DNA of 64,000 nucleotides, taken from Octopus vulgaris (lineage: Eukaryota). The stretch covers positions 172,918,001-172,982,000 of the forward strand of contig OX597817.1 of the NCBI GenBank assembly GCA_951406725.2. Direction: 5' to 3'. The translations under genes were made by a program, and so were the position numbers. Within the stretch, counting starts at the first letter, position 1. Each line of letters opens with the position of its first letter. Below the pieces are notes generated by a model. That model did not search any database, was not told the DNA's origin, and saw only the letters and a program-made list of their open reading frames with translations. Positions 1 through 14,103 of the stretch are shown here, in pieces.

Positions 1-284
1 TGGTTGCTATCTTGTCACAATTTATTTAGGATGAGAGATGACTAAGGTTACCTAAAGAACATCTAGAACATGATATTATAGCAACAATAATAATAAATAA
101 TGTGAAACATGTCTGTACTGCAACGAAATTGCATTCAAGCAGAAAATGAAAAACAATCATTTTTATACCATGTTTTTTTTCTTTTAAAAAAATGTAATTT
201 AATCAACTTCAGACTTCAGTAAGATTTAATAATTCAATATAAATATGTTTTCTAAATATACATACATACAAATGCACACATATA

Positions 285-430
285 TGTGGAAAGACATATG
301 TGGCAGAAGGCCAAGGAAGACATGGAAAGAATTGCTTGAATCAAAGAGCAAGAAGTTGGGCATCGCAGACAAAACGACTAAGTCTTTGGAGAAGACAGAT
401 GATATGCTGCAGTGCAGATTTATCCAATTC
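285..430 (+). mobile_element. Decayed 3' fragment of an RTE-type LINE
   Basis: Translation CGRRPRKTWKELL matches the GRPRKTW motif of the better-preserved RTE copy at 26678-27280. Confidence 0.55.
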
Positions 431-863
431 TGGCCGGCAGAGATAAAAATCTTAGAGATTATGTATTGCATAGAATATCATAAGTGGTCACACGATACAA
501 GCATATCTGTATGTTAATAATATACAACGTTTATACGTTGATTCTTATAATCTCAATTGCTGCTGCTACTACTACTACTACGTGTGTGTATATCCATAAT
601 CATAACCTACACTTTGCCATGCTTGCATAGGTCAAATGGAATTTGCTGAGGCAGATTTTCAAAGGTCAGATGTCATTCCTGTTGTAAGCCCTCGTCTATT
701 TCCGAACAGGGGAATGTTTCCTAAGGGCCAGATATATTTTCTGCAGAATATTGGTAATGCAGTACACTGCTTTTTATGATGGTGACATTCATTTTACAAC
801 CACTGAGTGATATCAAGAAAAGGGGACAGACACAAACACCTCCCCATCCTCCCGCCATTCATA

Positions 864-898
<35 letters not shown>

Positions 899-1091
899 TT
901 AAGTAGGTGAATGAACTATCCTAGTATGCATAATTCGGTTAACCGATACCTGGGTAGCAAATTCACGTCAGAAAACACGGTTGAAGCTACATGCCAAGGG
1001 TAGAAATCCCATGTTCTCGTGTGGAAATTTGTGTGTTTTTTTTATCGATGAATAAATGAAAGAATGGAGTCGAACGACGATTTTAACAAAA

Positions 1092-1190
1092 TTCCTTTAC
1101 TCTCGACATATGTTTCGAAGACTGCATATTCTTAATTCCGAAGGAATAAAGGGTGCATTATGCCGCCTTCTCATCAGGAAAGACAAGGAA
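1092..1190 (-). ncRNA. Type I hammerhead ribozyme (Penelope/retrozyme-type)
   Basis: Minus strand reads stem I 5' UUCCUUGUCUUUC, CUGAUGA (1177-1171), stem II GAAGGC/GUCUUC, GAAA (1116-1113), palindromic stem III A-CAUAUG-U, C17, then GAGAGUAAAGGAA pairing back to stem I. Predicted GUC cleavage is between 1105 and 1104. Confidence 0.85.
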
Positions 1191-1371
1191 CCTATGTCAG
1201 CATCATGACGAACAAAAACTTTTAGATGACTGCCCACATGGTGTCCACAGTGATAATCTTATATATATATATATATATATAGTTGAAAAGGGGTTAGGTA
1301 TTCATATACAAACCAAAAGTAAAAACACGGAAGTATGTTTAAAGATACTTCTTATTGTCTTTTAATAGGAC

Positions 1372-2050
1372 AGGATAAGTCTTTTTATGTTTGTTACTTT
1401 AAGCAACTTTTCTAAAAATATTTCTGGTTTTGATGTGTATGTACATCTTATCAAATATTAAAAATTCAAAGTCAAAGATTAGGAAATAAGAACATGTTCT
1501 TAACTACACACAGAATATGAGAACAAACTGTTTTAATTTCCTGACTTTTTCTAATTTCCTAATCTTTGACTTTGAATATTTAATATTTGGTAAGATGGAC
1601 ATATACGTCAAAACCAGTAATCTCTCTCTATATAAACGGCAGTTTGTCTGTGCGTTTTCTGTGTGTCTGTTTTCTCGTACCCTCACTCTGACCACGGCTT
1701 TCAACCGATTCTGATGAAACTTGACACACACATAGCCCAATGTCATAATTCAAAACTAACGCAGCGAAAATTTTGAAAAGTTCCCCCAGTTCTGAAAAAA
1801 TCGATAAATTCGACATGGGGTCGAGAATCAGAAACCCAAACCACAGACCGTCTAGGGGACGCAACTCCACCTTTTTAACTCTCAAAAAAAATTTACCATA
1901 ATTTTTTTTCCATTTTTTTTCTATTTTTTGGCTATAACTCTCTAAAAATGCTTTATAGTTATTTCCCTTACAAACCTGAGCAACGCCGAGCGATACTGCT
2001 AGTATTTTATAAAAGCCACTTAATGTGACAAACACAAAAAGACTTATCCT
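1372..2050. repeat. Fold-back/MITE-like inverted-repeat element whose right arm is split by a Helitron
   Basis: 1372-1492 is the imperfect reverse complement of 1547-1620 joined to 2003-2050 (aggataagtcttttt versus aaaaagacttatcct). Confidence 0.7.
1621..2002 (+). mobile_element. Non-autonomous Helitron
   Basis: Begins A|TC(TCTCTC)TATATAAA and ends with a GC-rich subterminal hairpin-like segment (cctgagcaacgccgagc) then CTAG|T. Inserted between A and T with no TSD. Confidence 0.8.
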
Positions 2051-2122
2051 CTCCAATTAAATGAAAAATAAAAGTAAAAAGTCTTGAAACATACTTCCAT
2101 GCGGCTTCCATTTTTACTTTTT

Positions 2123-2158
<36 letters not shown>

Positions 2159-2369
2159 ACAAGCTTCTTTCAGGTTTCAGATTTAGACACAAGGATTTGG
2201 TCATCCCTGGGTTATAATAGAAGACATTAGCCCAAAATGTTATGCTGTGTGAAACTGATGCTGAATTTGTGTCACTGGGAAGCAAAGTTCTTAACCGCAT
2301 AGTTATGCCGGTGTGTATGTGCATATATATATATGTGTGTATATGTGTGTGTGTGTATGTATATATAAT

Positions 2370-2705
2370 GAAGGTGCATGGCTCAGTGATTAGAGCGTCG
2401 AGCTTACAATCGTGAGGTTGTGAGTTTGAATCGCGGACCGGGCTGCATGTTGTGTTCTTGAGCAAGACACTTTACTTTATGTTGCTCCAGTTCACTCAGC
2501 TGTAAAAATGAGTTGCGACATCACAGGTGCCAAGCTCTTTTGGCCTTTGCCTTTCCCTTGGATAACACTGGTGCCATGGAGAGGGGAGGCTGGTATGCAT
2601 GGCTGACTGCTGGTCTTCCATAAACATCTTTGCCCGAACTTGTACCTGGGAGGGTAACTTTCTAGGTGCAATCCTATGATCAGTCATGACCAAAGGGGAT
2701 CTTAG
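2370..2705 (+). mobile_element. tRNA-derived SINE; a truncated copy lies at 21430-21600 (+) and a related element at 35620-35940 (-)
   Basis: A-box-like tggctcagtgattaga and B-box-like gagtttgaatcgc. The 5' part is near-identical to 21430-21600. Confidence 0.8.
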
Positions 2706-2706
2706 C

Positions 2707-2737
<31 letters not shown>

Positions 2738-3271
2738 CATACAGAGCTCAGATTAGTCACATATGCTACACAACAGTAGGAGAGATCTCTGCATATATAC
2801 CACAATCAGAGTAACCAGATGACCCAAAAAGACCATTTCTATGAATCTCCCCTGCAAACTACCTCAACGGAAGAATCCTATAAGCAAGAATTGGCAAAAG
2901 TTTTTAAAGCATTGGATGGAATGCTTTGACAGTTTTTGCTCCAACCTTCTGTACTCTGAGTCCGAATCCTGCCAATGCCAACTTTGACTTTTATTCTTAC
3001 AGAATTGCTAAAAGAAAACACCAATGAAGACCATGGATTAACAGAACTGTAAGAACACAGGACCGGATGTCTTGCAATATTTGCTCCATCTCTTTGTTTC
3101 CTGAGTTCAAATCCTGCCATAGCCTTCTTGAGTGGTAGACTTAACCTGTCACCTGTTTAACACCACTACTTTTGGGTATGTTTAGCAGAGTCCCCTCTCT
3201 TGCAAGGATTTAGGCCAGGTGTTTGGTCTGTAACAGGTCAAGGGAGCTGCCTTCCTTCTTGACTAACCAAC

Positions 3272-3520
3272 TAACCCTTTAGTATTCGGATTTTACTGTC
3301 AAATATAATGTTTATTTCTTCACATTGTTTTGAATGAATGAATGAATTAATTAATTTCTTCACATTGTTTTGAATTAATTAATTCATCTTGTATCTAAGA
3401 TTTTGATGCTGTGACTATTTACTTTTAGAATGAGATTGCAGGGTAGGCATGAGAGGCTGGATCTAGCAGGTTTGAACATAAATTTTTGGCCACATATAAC
3501 CAGTAAATGCTGAAGGGTTG
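3272..3520. mobile_element. piggyBac-like non-autonomous element (decayed)
   Basis: Ends taaccctttagtatt and aatgctgaagggtt form imperfect TIRs beginning CCC after a TTAA-like site. Confidence 0.5.
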
Positions 3521-4010
3521 GATAAAAAAGGTACAACCCCCCCCCCCCCCCCCCCAAAAAAAAAACTAACATTGTTATCATAGACAAAGACTTCAATGGA
3601 CCTGTTGGACAACTTAATGATGGGTATCCTGTTGTATATTAAGGCTATGATTATTGTACACAGAATGAGAAGAGATCAAGGCCCTTATAGTTCCATGATG
3701 CAGGTGACCAAATCATTTGCATCATTAACTTCAGGAAACTAACCAGTCACCTGATCATGTACCACTCAGTTAAGCTCAGAGGCAAATAGATTTCATATTC
3801 ACTAGGAATTAAAATAAACAAAAAGTTGTGAGTATCAAATCATTCCCCAGAGAAAAATGTACCACTCAGTATAGATTAGTGATTAGTGATATCAAGGTAA
3901 GAGTTTCATGGACCCAGTGACACAAGATAATCCAGAGAAGGAAGATAGGGAAGCTGAATGCTCTCTTGATCATATGAAGATTCAAAAGACTTCTAGGTGA
4001 TGCTTATGTT

Positions 4011-4764
4011 TTAACCTTTTTGATACCAACTTATCTGGAGCTGCTCCTAGTTCTATGACACAAGCTTCTGGTTTTAAAGTGATCTACCATAAATCCTCGA
4101 GTATAGTCCGCCTTTGAGTATAATATGCAGGGGATTTTTAGGGGGCTGTACCTCTGAAAAACCTAAACCTTGTGTATAATATGCACTCCTTCTCTAACTT
4201 GAGTCATGCGTAATTAAGGCAGCAGCACCTAGTCGAACAAACACTTCCGCGCATGCGTAATACAATAATGGTGATGTTCTTAACTGTTGTATGGGAATGT
4301 AAATATGTATACAAATTGTTTTTGTTATGTGTTATTCTTTGTTCTGAATACTTTTATTTTAATAAATGTTGCTTACTGCAAGTTATGGATGATTCTTTTA
4401 TGACTTCATTGCTTTCAGGTTTAGCTTAAGGTATTTTCGCACCCAACATCACAAAATGTGTCTGAATAAACATTGCCGGACAGCAAATAGAGACTCGGAC
4501 ATTGCTTAGAAGATATTTTTCATTTTTAACCTCGTATATAGTACGCACTAGGGATTTTGACCTTTAAATTTTGGGGAAAAAAATGCAGATTATACTTGAG
4601 GATTTACGGTATGTTAAAATGTTCCACCAAAATTTCAGGTAAAATTTTCTTTCAAGATTTCAGGTTAATAATGACAGTAATTTCAGTAAAATTTTCATTA
4701 TTTTTAAAATTAATTAAAACAAAGTTTGTATATTTCAACTGAAATATGGTAAGAAAAGGGTTAA
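4011..4764. mobile_element. piggyBac-like MITE
   Basis: TTAA at 4011-4014 and 4761-4764, with imperfect TIRs cctttttgatacca / tggtaagaaaaggg. Confidence 0.65.
4085..4611. mobile_element. Tc1/pogo-type MITE nested in the piggyBac-like element
   Basis: TA TSD, and TIRs ccataaatcctcgagtatagtccgc (4087-4111) / gcagattatacttgaggatttacgg (4585-4609). Confidence 0.85.
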
Positions 4765-5774
4765 CAGAGACCTATAACATAGAAGACAGGTGAGAAACTA
4801 GCAGATTTGTGGACCAAATAAGGTTCCAGAAGAGCAGAATGTTACATGATTATGGAATGGTGTGGTACATAGAGCCAAAAATAAGTTAAGAGACAGAGCT
4901 CGAAAGAATGGTAAAAGAGGAGAGCAAGGAATGATATCAGGTAGCTAGATGTTAGGTATGCTTAGCAAAGAGAAAAGTGGAAATAAGAGGTTTTGTTTCC
5001 CCAACATTCTGCAAAGTTAAAAAGTTGTGTATTGGTATGATTCAGGATGCTGTAGGTGTGAATTGTGCAATGCAAGGATAGCAGCACACTCGCACTCACT
5101 GATGCAAAGAAGAGAGAGGCATGGAAATGCTACTGCGAGATTTGTTACTGTTGTTGTTTAACCACAGGTTAATTCAGATCAAGCCGACTTATGATCAAAA
5201 GCTTTCCAGCTAAGAGCATCTTGACTTTTTCCTGTGCCAAGCCAAGGACATAATGCAATATGTGATTTTTTTTTAAATGTTAGAGTGTGATTAGAGGGAT
5301 ATTTGGTTGCTATTTCTAGCAATTCGAGTGACCACATATAGGCACCATTGTTGGCTTGTATTATGAGAAATTACTGAATGAGAAGAATGCATGGAGTGTG
5401 AGTGACCGAATATCTGTACTAGCAACTGAAACTTGGTTACATATAATTGAATGCTTATTAAGGGTGTAAAGGCAAAATGGCTGAACCATCAGAGAGAGTC
5501 GCTACGATGCTGACAATGAAATATGTGCATAATTCATTTGCAAATGCAGAGTCAATCAGAGAGTGTATAAAAGGACCATACCTGTTGACTTGTGTAGTAA
5601 TATCATGACCAAGTACTAAGAGGGCAAAAGTAATGTTCTCAAAAGAAGCAACTACACAAGTGTCACAATAGTAAATCAAGTTATGAAATTAGCACAATTA
5701 GGCTCAAAAAATTAGTTTAATTGTAATGCAGTTTGAATTTATAATGGGACAGGGTACCACTATTGCCCTCTTCC

Positions 5775-6183
5775 TAGTACTGGATTAACCATTAAGCAAA
5801 ATAAGCACATGCTTAGGGCATCAAGAGAAAAAGGGCCATACAGAAATGGTAAATGGTTTAAGGCACAAACGAAATCACTTGCTGAAATAATATTCAAAGT
5901 GGTTTATATGATTAGAAATATAATTTCAAAGTGTTCATGATGTCATAATGAGGATCTGATCAAAGATTTTGTAATTAAAAAAAGGTGGGAGAAAACTTTT
6001 CAAATAAAATGGAGGTATACAAAAATAAACATTATTTTCCATATTACAGCTAGTTTTGTTTCATGTTGAAAAATAAAAATTCATTTCATGGTTTATTGTT
6101 GTTTATATTTTGAATTACATTTATATGGGGGCATCAAAATCTTTTAAGTGCTTAGAGCCTCTATAGATTTTAATCCTGAACTG
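5775..6183. mobile_element. hAT-type MITE
   Basis: 8-bp TSD cctcttcc at 5767-5774 and 6184-6191, with imperfect TIRs tagtactggattaa / ttaatcctgaactg. Confidence 0.75.
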
Positions 6184-6364
6184 CCTCTTCCTAGTAAGAC
6201 AACAGATGTTCTTAGCAAAGAGCAAGTCATAACATTTAGCATTTGTTGACTAGGAGAAAACCTTTGACAGGGGACTATGCTCCATAGTTTTGGGATTGCT
6301 AAAAAAAACTAATGATGCTGTCAGTAAAGTGAGAGTCAGCAATAAGTTCAGTGAGGGATTTAGT

Positions 6365-6550
6365 ATGGCACGTAAAAAGCACTCACTACACTCTCGGAGT
6401 GGTTGGCGTTAGGAAGGGCATCCAGCTGTAGAAACTCTGCCAGATCAAGATTGGAGCCTGCTGCGGCCATCTGGTTCGCCAGCCCTCAGTCAAAATCGTC
6501 CAACCCATGCTAGCATGGAAGGCGGACGTCAAACGATGATGATGATGATG
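6365..6550 (+). mobile_element. 5'-truncated RTE 3'UTR/tail ending in (GAT)n; further copies at 7835-8140 (-), 20465-20550 (-), 23640-24016 (+), 43985-44455 (+), 45800-46163 (+), 46825-47060 (+)
   Basis: Shared core gagtggttggcgttaggaagggcatccagctgtagaaac...aacccatgctagcatggaa...aaacgatgatg. The same sequence forms the 3' end of the RTE LINE at 26010-27295. Confidence 0.85.
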
Positions 6551-7554
6551 TAGGTGTCTAACAGGGCTTGTTTCTAAGAACCAATTCCTGTTTGTTACAG
6601 TTCTTTAGACTATAACACAGGTAACAGGAGTTTAAGACAAGTTATTTCTGATGGCCTAGTTCACATAGGTGGATCTGTTAAAGAATTAGGGAAGAAATTC
6701 CAAACATAAAAGTTTTAATTAGTAAGAAAATAAGTATAATTCTCCTGCCATCTGGAAAGTAATCATGTTATATATACAAAAAGGGAGTAATTAAGAATTC
6801 TTCGTGGTGTACCAAAATGTAAACTATGGGTATACAAAAAGTGCAGTGGGAAGGGCACAGGAGTAATTTGCAATAAAGATACCAATGTAATAAATACTTT
6901 TAAAAGCTCAGAAGGCTTCCTAGAAGTATTTGATAGTTTCTATTACTTAGGTGATATAATCAGCAGGAGAGAAGAGTGTTCTGAAAGCATGGTCGTTATA
7001 GTAAGAACAGGAGAGGGAAAAGAAGAGGGGATTATTACCACTGCTGGCAATAAAGGGATTAACTCTCTGAATGAAAGATGGGTTGTATGATGCTTGCATA
7101 AGAATTGTGATGTTGCATGGTAGCAAAACATCAGCCTTGGATGTTAAGGGTATGTGAAAGTTGGAATGAAATGAGGTGAACATGCTTTGTGTAATGTTAG
7201 GATGCTTGAACGGTAGAGTACAAATGAGCAGTGAGGAACAAAAAAACCAACAAAACTAGGTATCAGAAAAATTAGGTTTAATGTACAAGTAAGGTGACTG
7301 AACTTGCAAAATTATGTGGTGTATATGAATGATGACAGTTGGGTAAAGAAGTGCCAAGCGAGCAATTCAAGTGGAAGGAATCTGCAGCGGGGAAATTCCA
7401 AGACATGGGAAAAAGAGGTGAAAACTCATCACATAACACCGAACTTCCCAAAGGAGATGACAAGGAACTGCAACAGACAATGAGCAAGAGGCCTATCCAA
7501 ACACATACAAGCATGGAAAAAATGGGATGTGATATGATATGATATTATATATAT

Positions 7555-7787
7555 CTGTAAAAAAAATATGTGACACTTATACGGTAGCCAAGATAAAACT
7601 CTGAGTTTCGGATGCTGAGGTGGAAATCCACACCACCATCTCTTCGGTTATCCGGCCATCTCTTGTTTCATCAGAGTTTTATCTTGGCTACTGTATAATT
7701 GCCACATATTATTTTATAGATAAATTTCCTCTATTTACATAATATTGAGGTCTCTTTCTTTCTTTTGTTATCTTGCCGTTTTTACCA

Positions 7788-7790
<3 letters not shown>
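7555..7790. mobile_element. Penelope-like non-autonomous repeat in fold-back arrangement, carrying a variant hammerhead motif (7592-7652, -)
   Basis: Inverted arms gtagccaagataaaactctga / tcagagttttatcttggctac. The same family occurs at 12290-12485, 12945-13030 and 25920-25990. Confidence 0.6.
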
Positions 7791-7833
<43 letters not shown>

Positions 7834-8524
7834 CATTATTATCATCATCATTTAACGTCCGCTTTCCATGCTAGCATGGGTTGGACGGTTCAACTGGGGT
7901 CTGGGGAGCCCGAAAGCTGCACCAGTCCAGTCAGATCTGGCAGTGTTTCTACAGCTGGATGCCCTTCCTAACGCCAACCACTCCGAGAGTGTAGTGGGTG
8001 ATTTTATGTGCCACCAACACAGGTGCCAGACGAGGCTGGCAAACGGCCACGCTCGGATGGTGTTTTTTATGTGCCACCGACACAGGTGCCAGATGAGGCT
8101 GGCAAACGGCCACGATCGGATGGTGTTTGTTACGTGCCCATATATATATATATATATATATAGTGCAGGTGCCCCACACACACACAAAAGCATTCAGTAC
8201 ACTCTGTGTTCAATTCTTGGATTTAGTGACATACTGTGTCCTTGAATGTGGCCACAATATGTTGTTCCTCCACATGCTGCTTTACTCTGACCATCTGAAA
8301 ACAAGTATCAGCCTAGTGCCAGATCAACCTTCTTTTTCCTTGTGTTGTCACATACTGGATGCACCACAGGGTCATGGTTGGGAGGCCCAAGAGAGTGTCA
8401 ATATCTACTCACCACTCCATAAGCTCTTAAAGCAATTAATGAAAGCATTACTTGGCTTTTTAAAGAGACGGCATGGCCAAACTAAACTGCACACCAACTA
8501 TATCAAAGTTAATCTTGTTATAAA

Positions 8525-9110
8525 CAGGTGTGGCTGGTTGTATGTAAAGAAGATTGCTTCCTAACTACAGTGTTCCAGTTTCGGTCCCACCTAGGCAGGT
8601 GTCTTCTACTATAGCCCCAGGTCGACCAAAGCCTTGTGAGTCCATTTGGAAGACAGAAACCAAAAGCAACCCATTATGTGTGTGTGTTTGTCCCCCACCC
8701 CCATACCATCTAATGATCAGTATTGGTTTGTTTACATTCTTTCCTACTCTAGGCACAAGGCCCAAAAGTTTTTGCGAGGGGGGCCAGTCGATTAGATGAA
8801 CCCCAGTACACAACTGGTACTTAATTTATCGACCCTGAAAGGATGAAAGGCAAAGTTGACCTTGGCGGGATTTGAACTCAGAACGTAAAGACAGAGGAAA
8901 TACTGCTAAGCATTTCACCCGGTGTGCTAATGTTTCTGCCAGCTCCCTGCCTTATTGGTTAGGTTTATTTACATAGCAGTTCAGCAAAATGAGAACATTA
9001 GAATAAGTACTAGGCTTAAAAAAAAAGTACTGGGGGCAATTTGTTCAACTAGGCTTTTAAAAGAAATGCCCCAGCATGGCCAAAGTTTAATGACTAAAAC
9101 AATTAAAAGA
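8525..9110 (+). mobile_element. Major tRNA-derived SINE with a second SINE (8735-8955, -) nested inside it
   Basis: Head and tail of the family seen at 57432-57878 flank an insert matching 61188-61409. Confidence 0.75.
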
Positions 9111-9212
9111 TAAAAATTTTTTTAAAAACCCATTACAGTTTGATCAAAAGCAGAAACTATAAATTTGTCCTTAACCTTGAAGGTTCTTTTCAAGGCCAAT
9201 GCTTAACTGATA

Positions 9213-9475
<263 letters not shown>

Positions 9476-9496
9476 CACAAACACACATATACATGT

Positions 9497-9706
9497 AGTG
9501 CTGGAAAGTTCCTGGCTTTGGGTAAAATAAAAAACCAGAGGATCAGTTTATTATGATTTTATTCAAAATATTTCCCTCTCAGATTCACACATTTATTGCT
9601 GTGGTCCTTCAGGTTTTTTAAGCCCTGTGAAAGAACTCAGAAGGTTGAGCCAGGCCTTAACAATACCCTCAAAAGCCAGGCCTTTTGCAATACCCTTTAA
9701 GCACCC

Positions 9707-9711
<5 letters not shown>
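9497..9711. mobile_element. mariner-derived MITE (decayed)
   Basis: gtgctggaaagttcctggcttt at the left end, and aaagccagg...agcacccctcata at the right end. Confidence 0.55.
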
Positions 9712-9764
<53 letters not shown>

Positions 9765-9832
9765 CACACACACACAAACACATATTTAAGTATATGTATG
9801 TATGTTTATATATATATATATATATATATATG

Positions 9833-10015
9833 CAGGGTGGCTCAAAAGTAGGTTTAGTTATTCAACTATCTCTTTCACATTCATATATTAACAATTGAGA
9901 TCTTAATTATAAAAAAATATGAAACCATTATTCTCTGCTAATTTTTCAGTTCGTAAGATAGAAATTTAAACGTAGTGCCTACATAATAACTGTAAACCTA
10001 CTTTTGTGTCACCCC
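9833..10015. mobile_element. Tc1/mariner-type MITE
   Basis: TIRs cagggtggctcaaaagtaggttta / taaacctacttttgtgtcaccc. Confidence 0.7.
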
Positions 10016-10959
10016 TCTCTATACTCTTGACCTGCAAGATGTACCAGCTAAACTGTCATCAAATCCCACCCTACCGTGTTAATATAGAACACATGAAAAT
10101 ATATCATCCAAGATACTCCTAAATAGATGAACAGGTCACGGCTGGAATGTTTTTGATCTCCCGTTAAATTTAAACTGGAGATACAAAACTACATATATAC
10201 CTAAAGATATACTAATGATATAAACTAAAAGTATATCAGACACTTAAATAGATAAGATACGATGCACGTTTGAAAACACCAGGCTCTAAGTTACGTTTCA
10301 TGCGTCACGTAATTTTATTTATTTATTTATTTTTTTGCTCGGCAGCCCTGAAACTGTGATAGCTGACACTTTTTTCCCACGCGGGATTATTTCGTAATCA
10401 CACACACCACAGGGCAGTAAGTGCAGGAGTAGGGAAGAAAAGGGCCTTGCAATACGTAGTTGGGTCATTTTATGTCCTGTGGTTAAAACTCGCCGCGGCC
10501 AACTTCACATTACGTTTTCCATAAGTCAGGAAGTCAACTGCACTTTTATGCTAAAATGCGATATCTTAAACCAACTTTAAGAAAGAAATAATTGCCCCTA
10601 CATTTACAAAAAAACACAAGTTCATGTTGTTAAAAGAAATGAGTCAGACATAGACAGGTGCTGTGTATTTTTTAGATAATGCCTAGACGAGAGGAAGGGG
10701 AACACGAATAGAGAATGTATTTGGGACATCAAATTGCTCCATTTATAAACCCCAAACTAAGAAAATAAACTAAGGCGCTCTGCCTTAACCGTAATTGGTA
10801 TCACGTGTTGGCAATGATGTTGTTGTTGGATCTATTGACGAAGTTAATGTTTACCAAAGAGGCAGCCTCAACACAGACGCTTGATATGCAAGAAATAACA
10901 GCCACAATTCGCTCAAATCGTACCCTAGTCTTTGCGAAGGAAAAATACATTAGACAAAT

Positions 10960-11164
10960 AATGTCTGTTCTATATTTAAAAGATGGGGAATTATGTACAT
11001 TATTTATATTTGACAGATATTTGTCCTCATCTTGTTTGTTGTTAACAATGTTTCGGCTGGTATACCTTCCAGCCTTCATCAGGTGTCTTGGGGAAATTTC
11101 GTACCTGGGTTCTCATTCCTAAGGCATTTTTCAATGTTGTTGTTGTTGTTATTATTACTATTAC

Positions 11165-11196
<32 letters not shown>

Positions 11197-11255
11197 TCAC
11201 TGCTTGGAATCGAACTCGGAATCTTGGGGTTAAGAGTTCGATTACAGGCAGTGAT

Positions 11256-11346
<91 letters not shown>

Positions 11347-11480
11347 TCGAAAAATACTTTAGGAATGAGAACCCAGGATCAAAATTTCCCCCCAAGACAC
11401 TTGATGAAGGTCGAAACGTGTTAACAAGAAACAAGATGAGGACAAATATCCGTCAAATGTAAATAATGTAAATAATGTCT
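10960..11480. mobile_element. Head-to-head palindromic dimer of a tRNA-headed SINE-like element with a hammerhead-bearing tail
   Basis: About 10990-11230 is the reverse complement of about 11235-11477. Each arm matches the monomer at 36405-36722. Confidence 0.8.
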
Positions 11481-12321
11481 GAATAAAATGCGATGTAGGC
11501 ACGGCTGCAACGTCTTTGATCACTGGTCTGCTAGATCATGGTTGACCAGGGGTGAAACAATAACATAAGGCCACGAACTTTGTCGCGGTATCATTGAAAC
11601 ACGAGACACTTTAGCTAAATCTAGGAGAAAATTATTTCATTTAATTGCCAACATTCTGTTTAGCCCTAGGTTGGCCCTCCCTCATCAATCAAATATACAG
11701 TCAAAGGTGTTACAGCCATGACTATCCTGTCTTTGCAGATACATTACTCAAGGCGTTATCCTTTTCATGATGCTAAAGTATAATTTGAAAGATATTTAAC
11801 TGCTATTTTTAGCAAAACGGGCGGACACAACTAATTGAGTTAATATGAGAGAGAATCATTATCTTATTACAAAACACTGCCTTGATTCGTTCTGCACAAT
11901 TCTTTGGTAATAAAGAAAATATACCGAGATTTTCTTTTCTCTCTTTTTCTTAAAACTAACCAATTTATAGAGTAACAAATTGACATGAGACAAAATGCTT
12001 CCGAAAATGTAAATAACGTGGTTTTAGGTGAAGAACAGTTATTGATAACGACCCAAACAATAAAACAGGGTAACTTTAAGGGGAACGGAATGAGAAGTTG
12101 TGACGTTTAGTCATTCCAGAGGAACTAATTAAAAAGACGGAATATTTTCTTTTATTTGACATAAAGATGACAAAAAGTAAATTGTGTTATTATAAATTTA
12201 CAATAAAATTAACAATAACTACAATATTTTGATGTGGTTTCCCTATACATATTATATATATATGTATATATATATATATATATATTATCTTTCTTTTTCT
12301 TTTGTTATCTTACCGTTTTTA

Positions 12322-12363
<42 letters not shown>

Positions 12364-12495
12364 TAAATTGGTAAAAACGGTAAGATAACAAAAGAAAGAA
12401 AGAGACCTCAATATTATGTAAATAGAGGAATTTATTTGTAAAATAATATGTGACAATTATTTGGTAGCCAAGATAAAACTGAGTTTTATATATAC

Positions 12496-13475
<980 letters not shown>

Positions 13476-14103
13476 ACATATATATATATACATATATCTT
13501 TATATATATGAATGAACCAAGACGTGTACACCGACCCAGTTGAGTCCGCCCCTCGCTGTTTTGATACAAACTTCCTGTTTTAAAGTAATCTTGAATTAAA
13601 AACCTTCCGTCCGAATGTCCCGTTAATTTATTTTGCAATCACTCGATTAAATAACGACAATGTTACTTTGCTAAATTATACATTATTTTAAAAATTAATT
13701 AAAACTGAAACCAAAAAAAGGATGAAGGAAAAAGATGACAACTAAATTCTCCACGTTACGACGATCAATTGTGAAGGGCCAGAACAAATAATAAATAATA
13801 TATAAAGTAAACAAAGGAATAGGATTTGTTTTCAGGTAAACTTGTAGAGCAAATCGAAATGAATGGTTAAACCGTTTCATAACAGCAACAAATGCTAATC
13901 GGAAAGGCACGAGACACTTGTCAACTACGAGTAGTGTAGTAGACACGATGTAGTAGAAGAGATCGTGTAAGGAAACCAGTGACGACGAAGCGGAGTAAAA
14001 GTGCTATCGATTACCCTTCTCCGATCGAACGATTCTGAACCAAGCAACGATTGATATTTAATTTCTCTTGGAATAAAGACAGAATAACAAACTATATATT
14101 TAC

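Larger units (their letters stand above)
3560..7540 (+). mobile_element. Old, heavily decayed RTE-type LINE interrupted by younger insertions
   Basis: 6900-7510 aligns by eye with the RTE at 26680-27220 (DSFYYLGD, LLPLL-KG, GLYDAC--VMLHGS), with many stops and frameshifts. The 5' boundary is uncertain. Confidence 0.65.

Noticed and set aside
1705-1775. CTGATGA followed later by GAAA inside the Helitron; similar lone cores at 16952, 21915, 41764 and 55253
   Set aside because: No stem II/III/I pairing or no correctly placed GAAA-UH.
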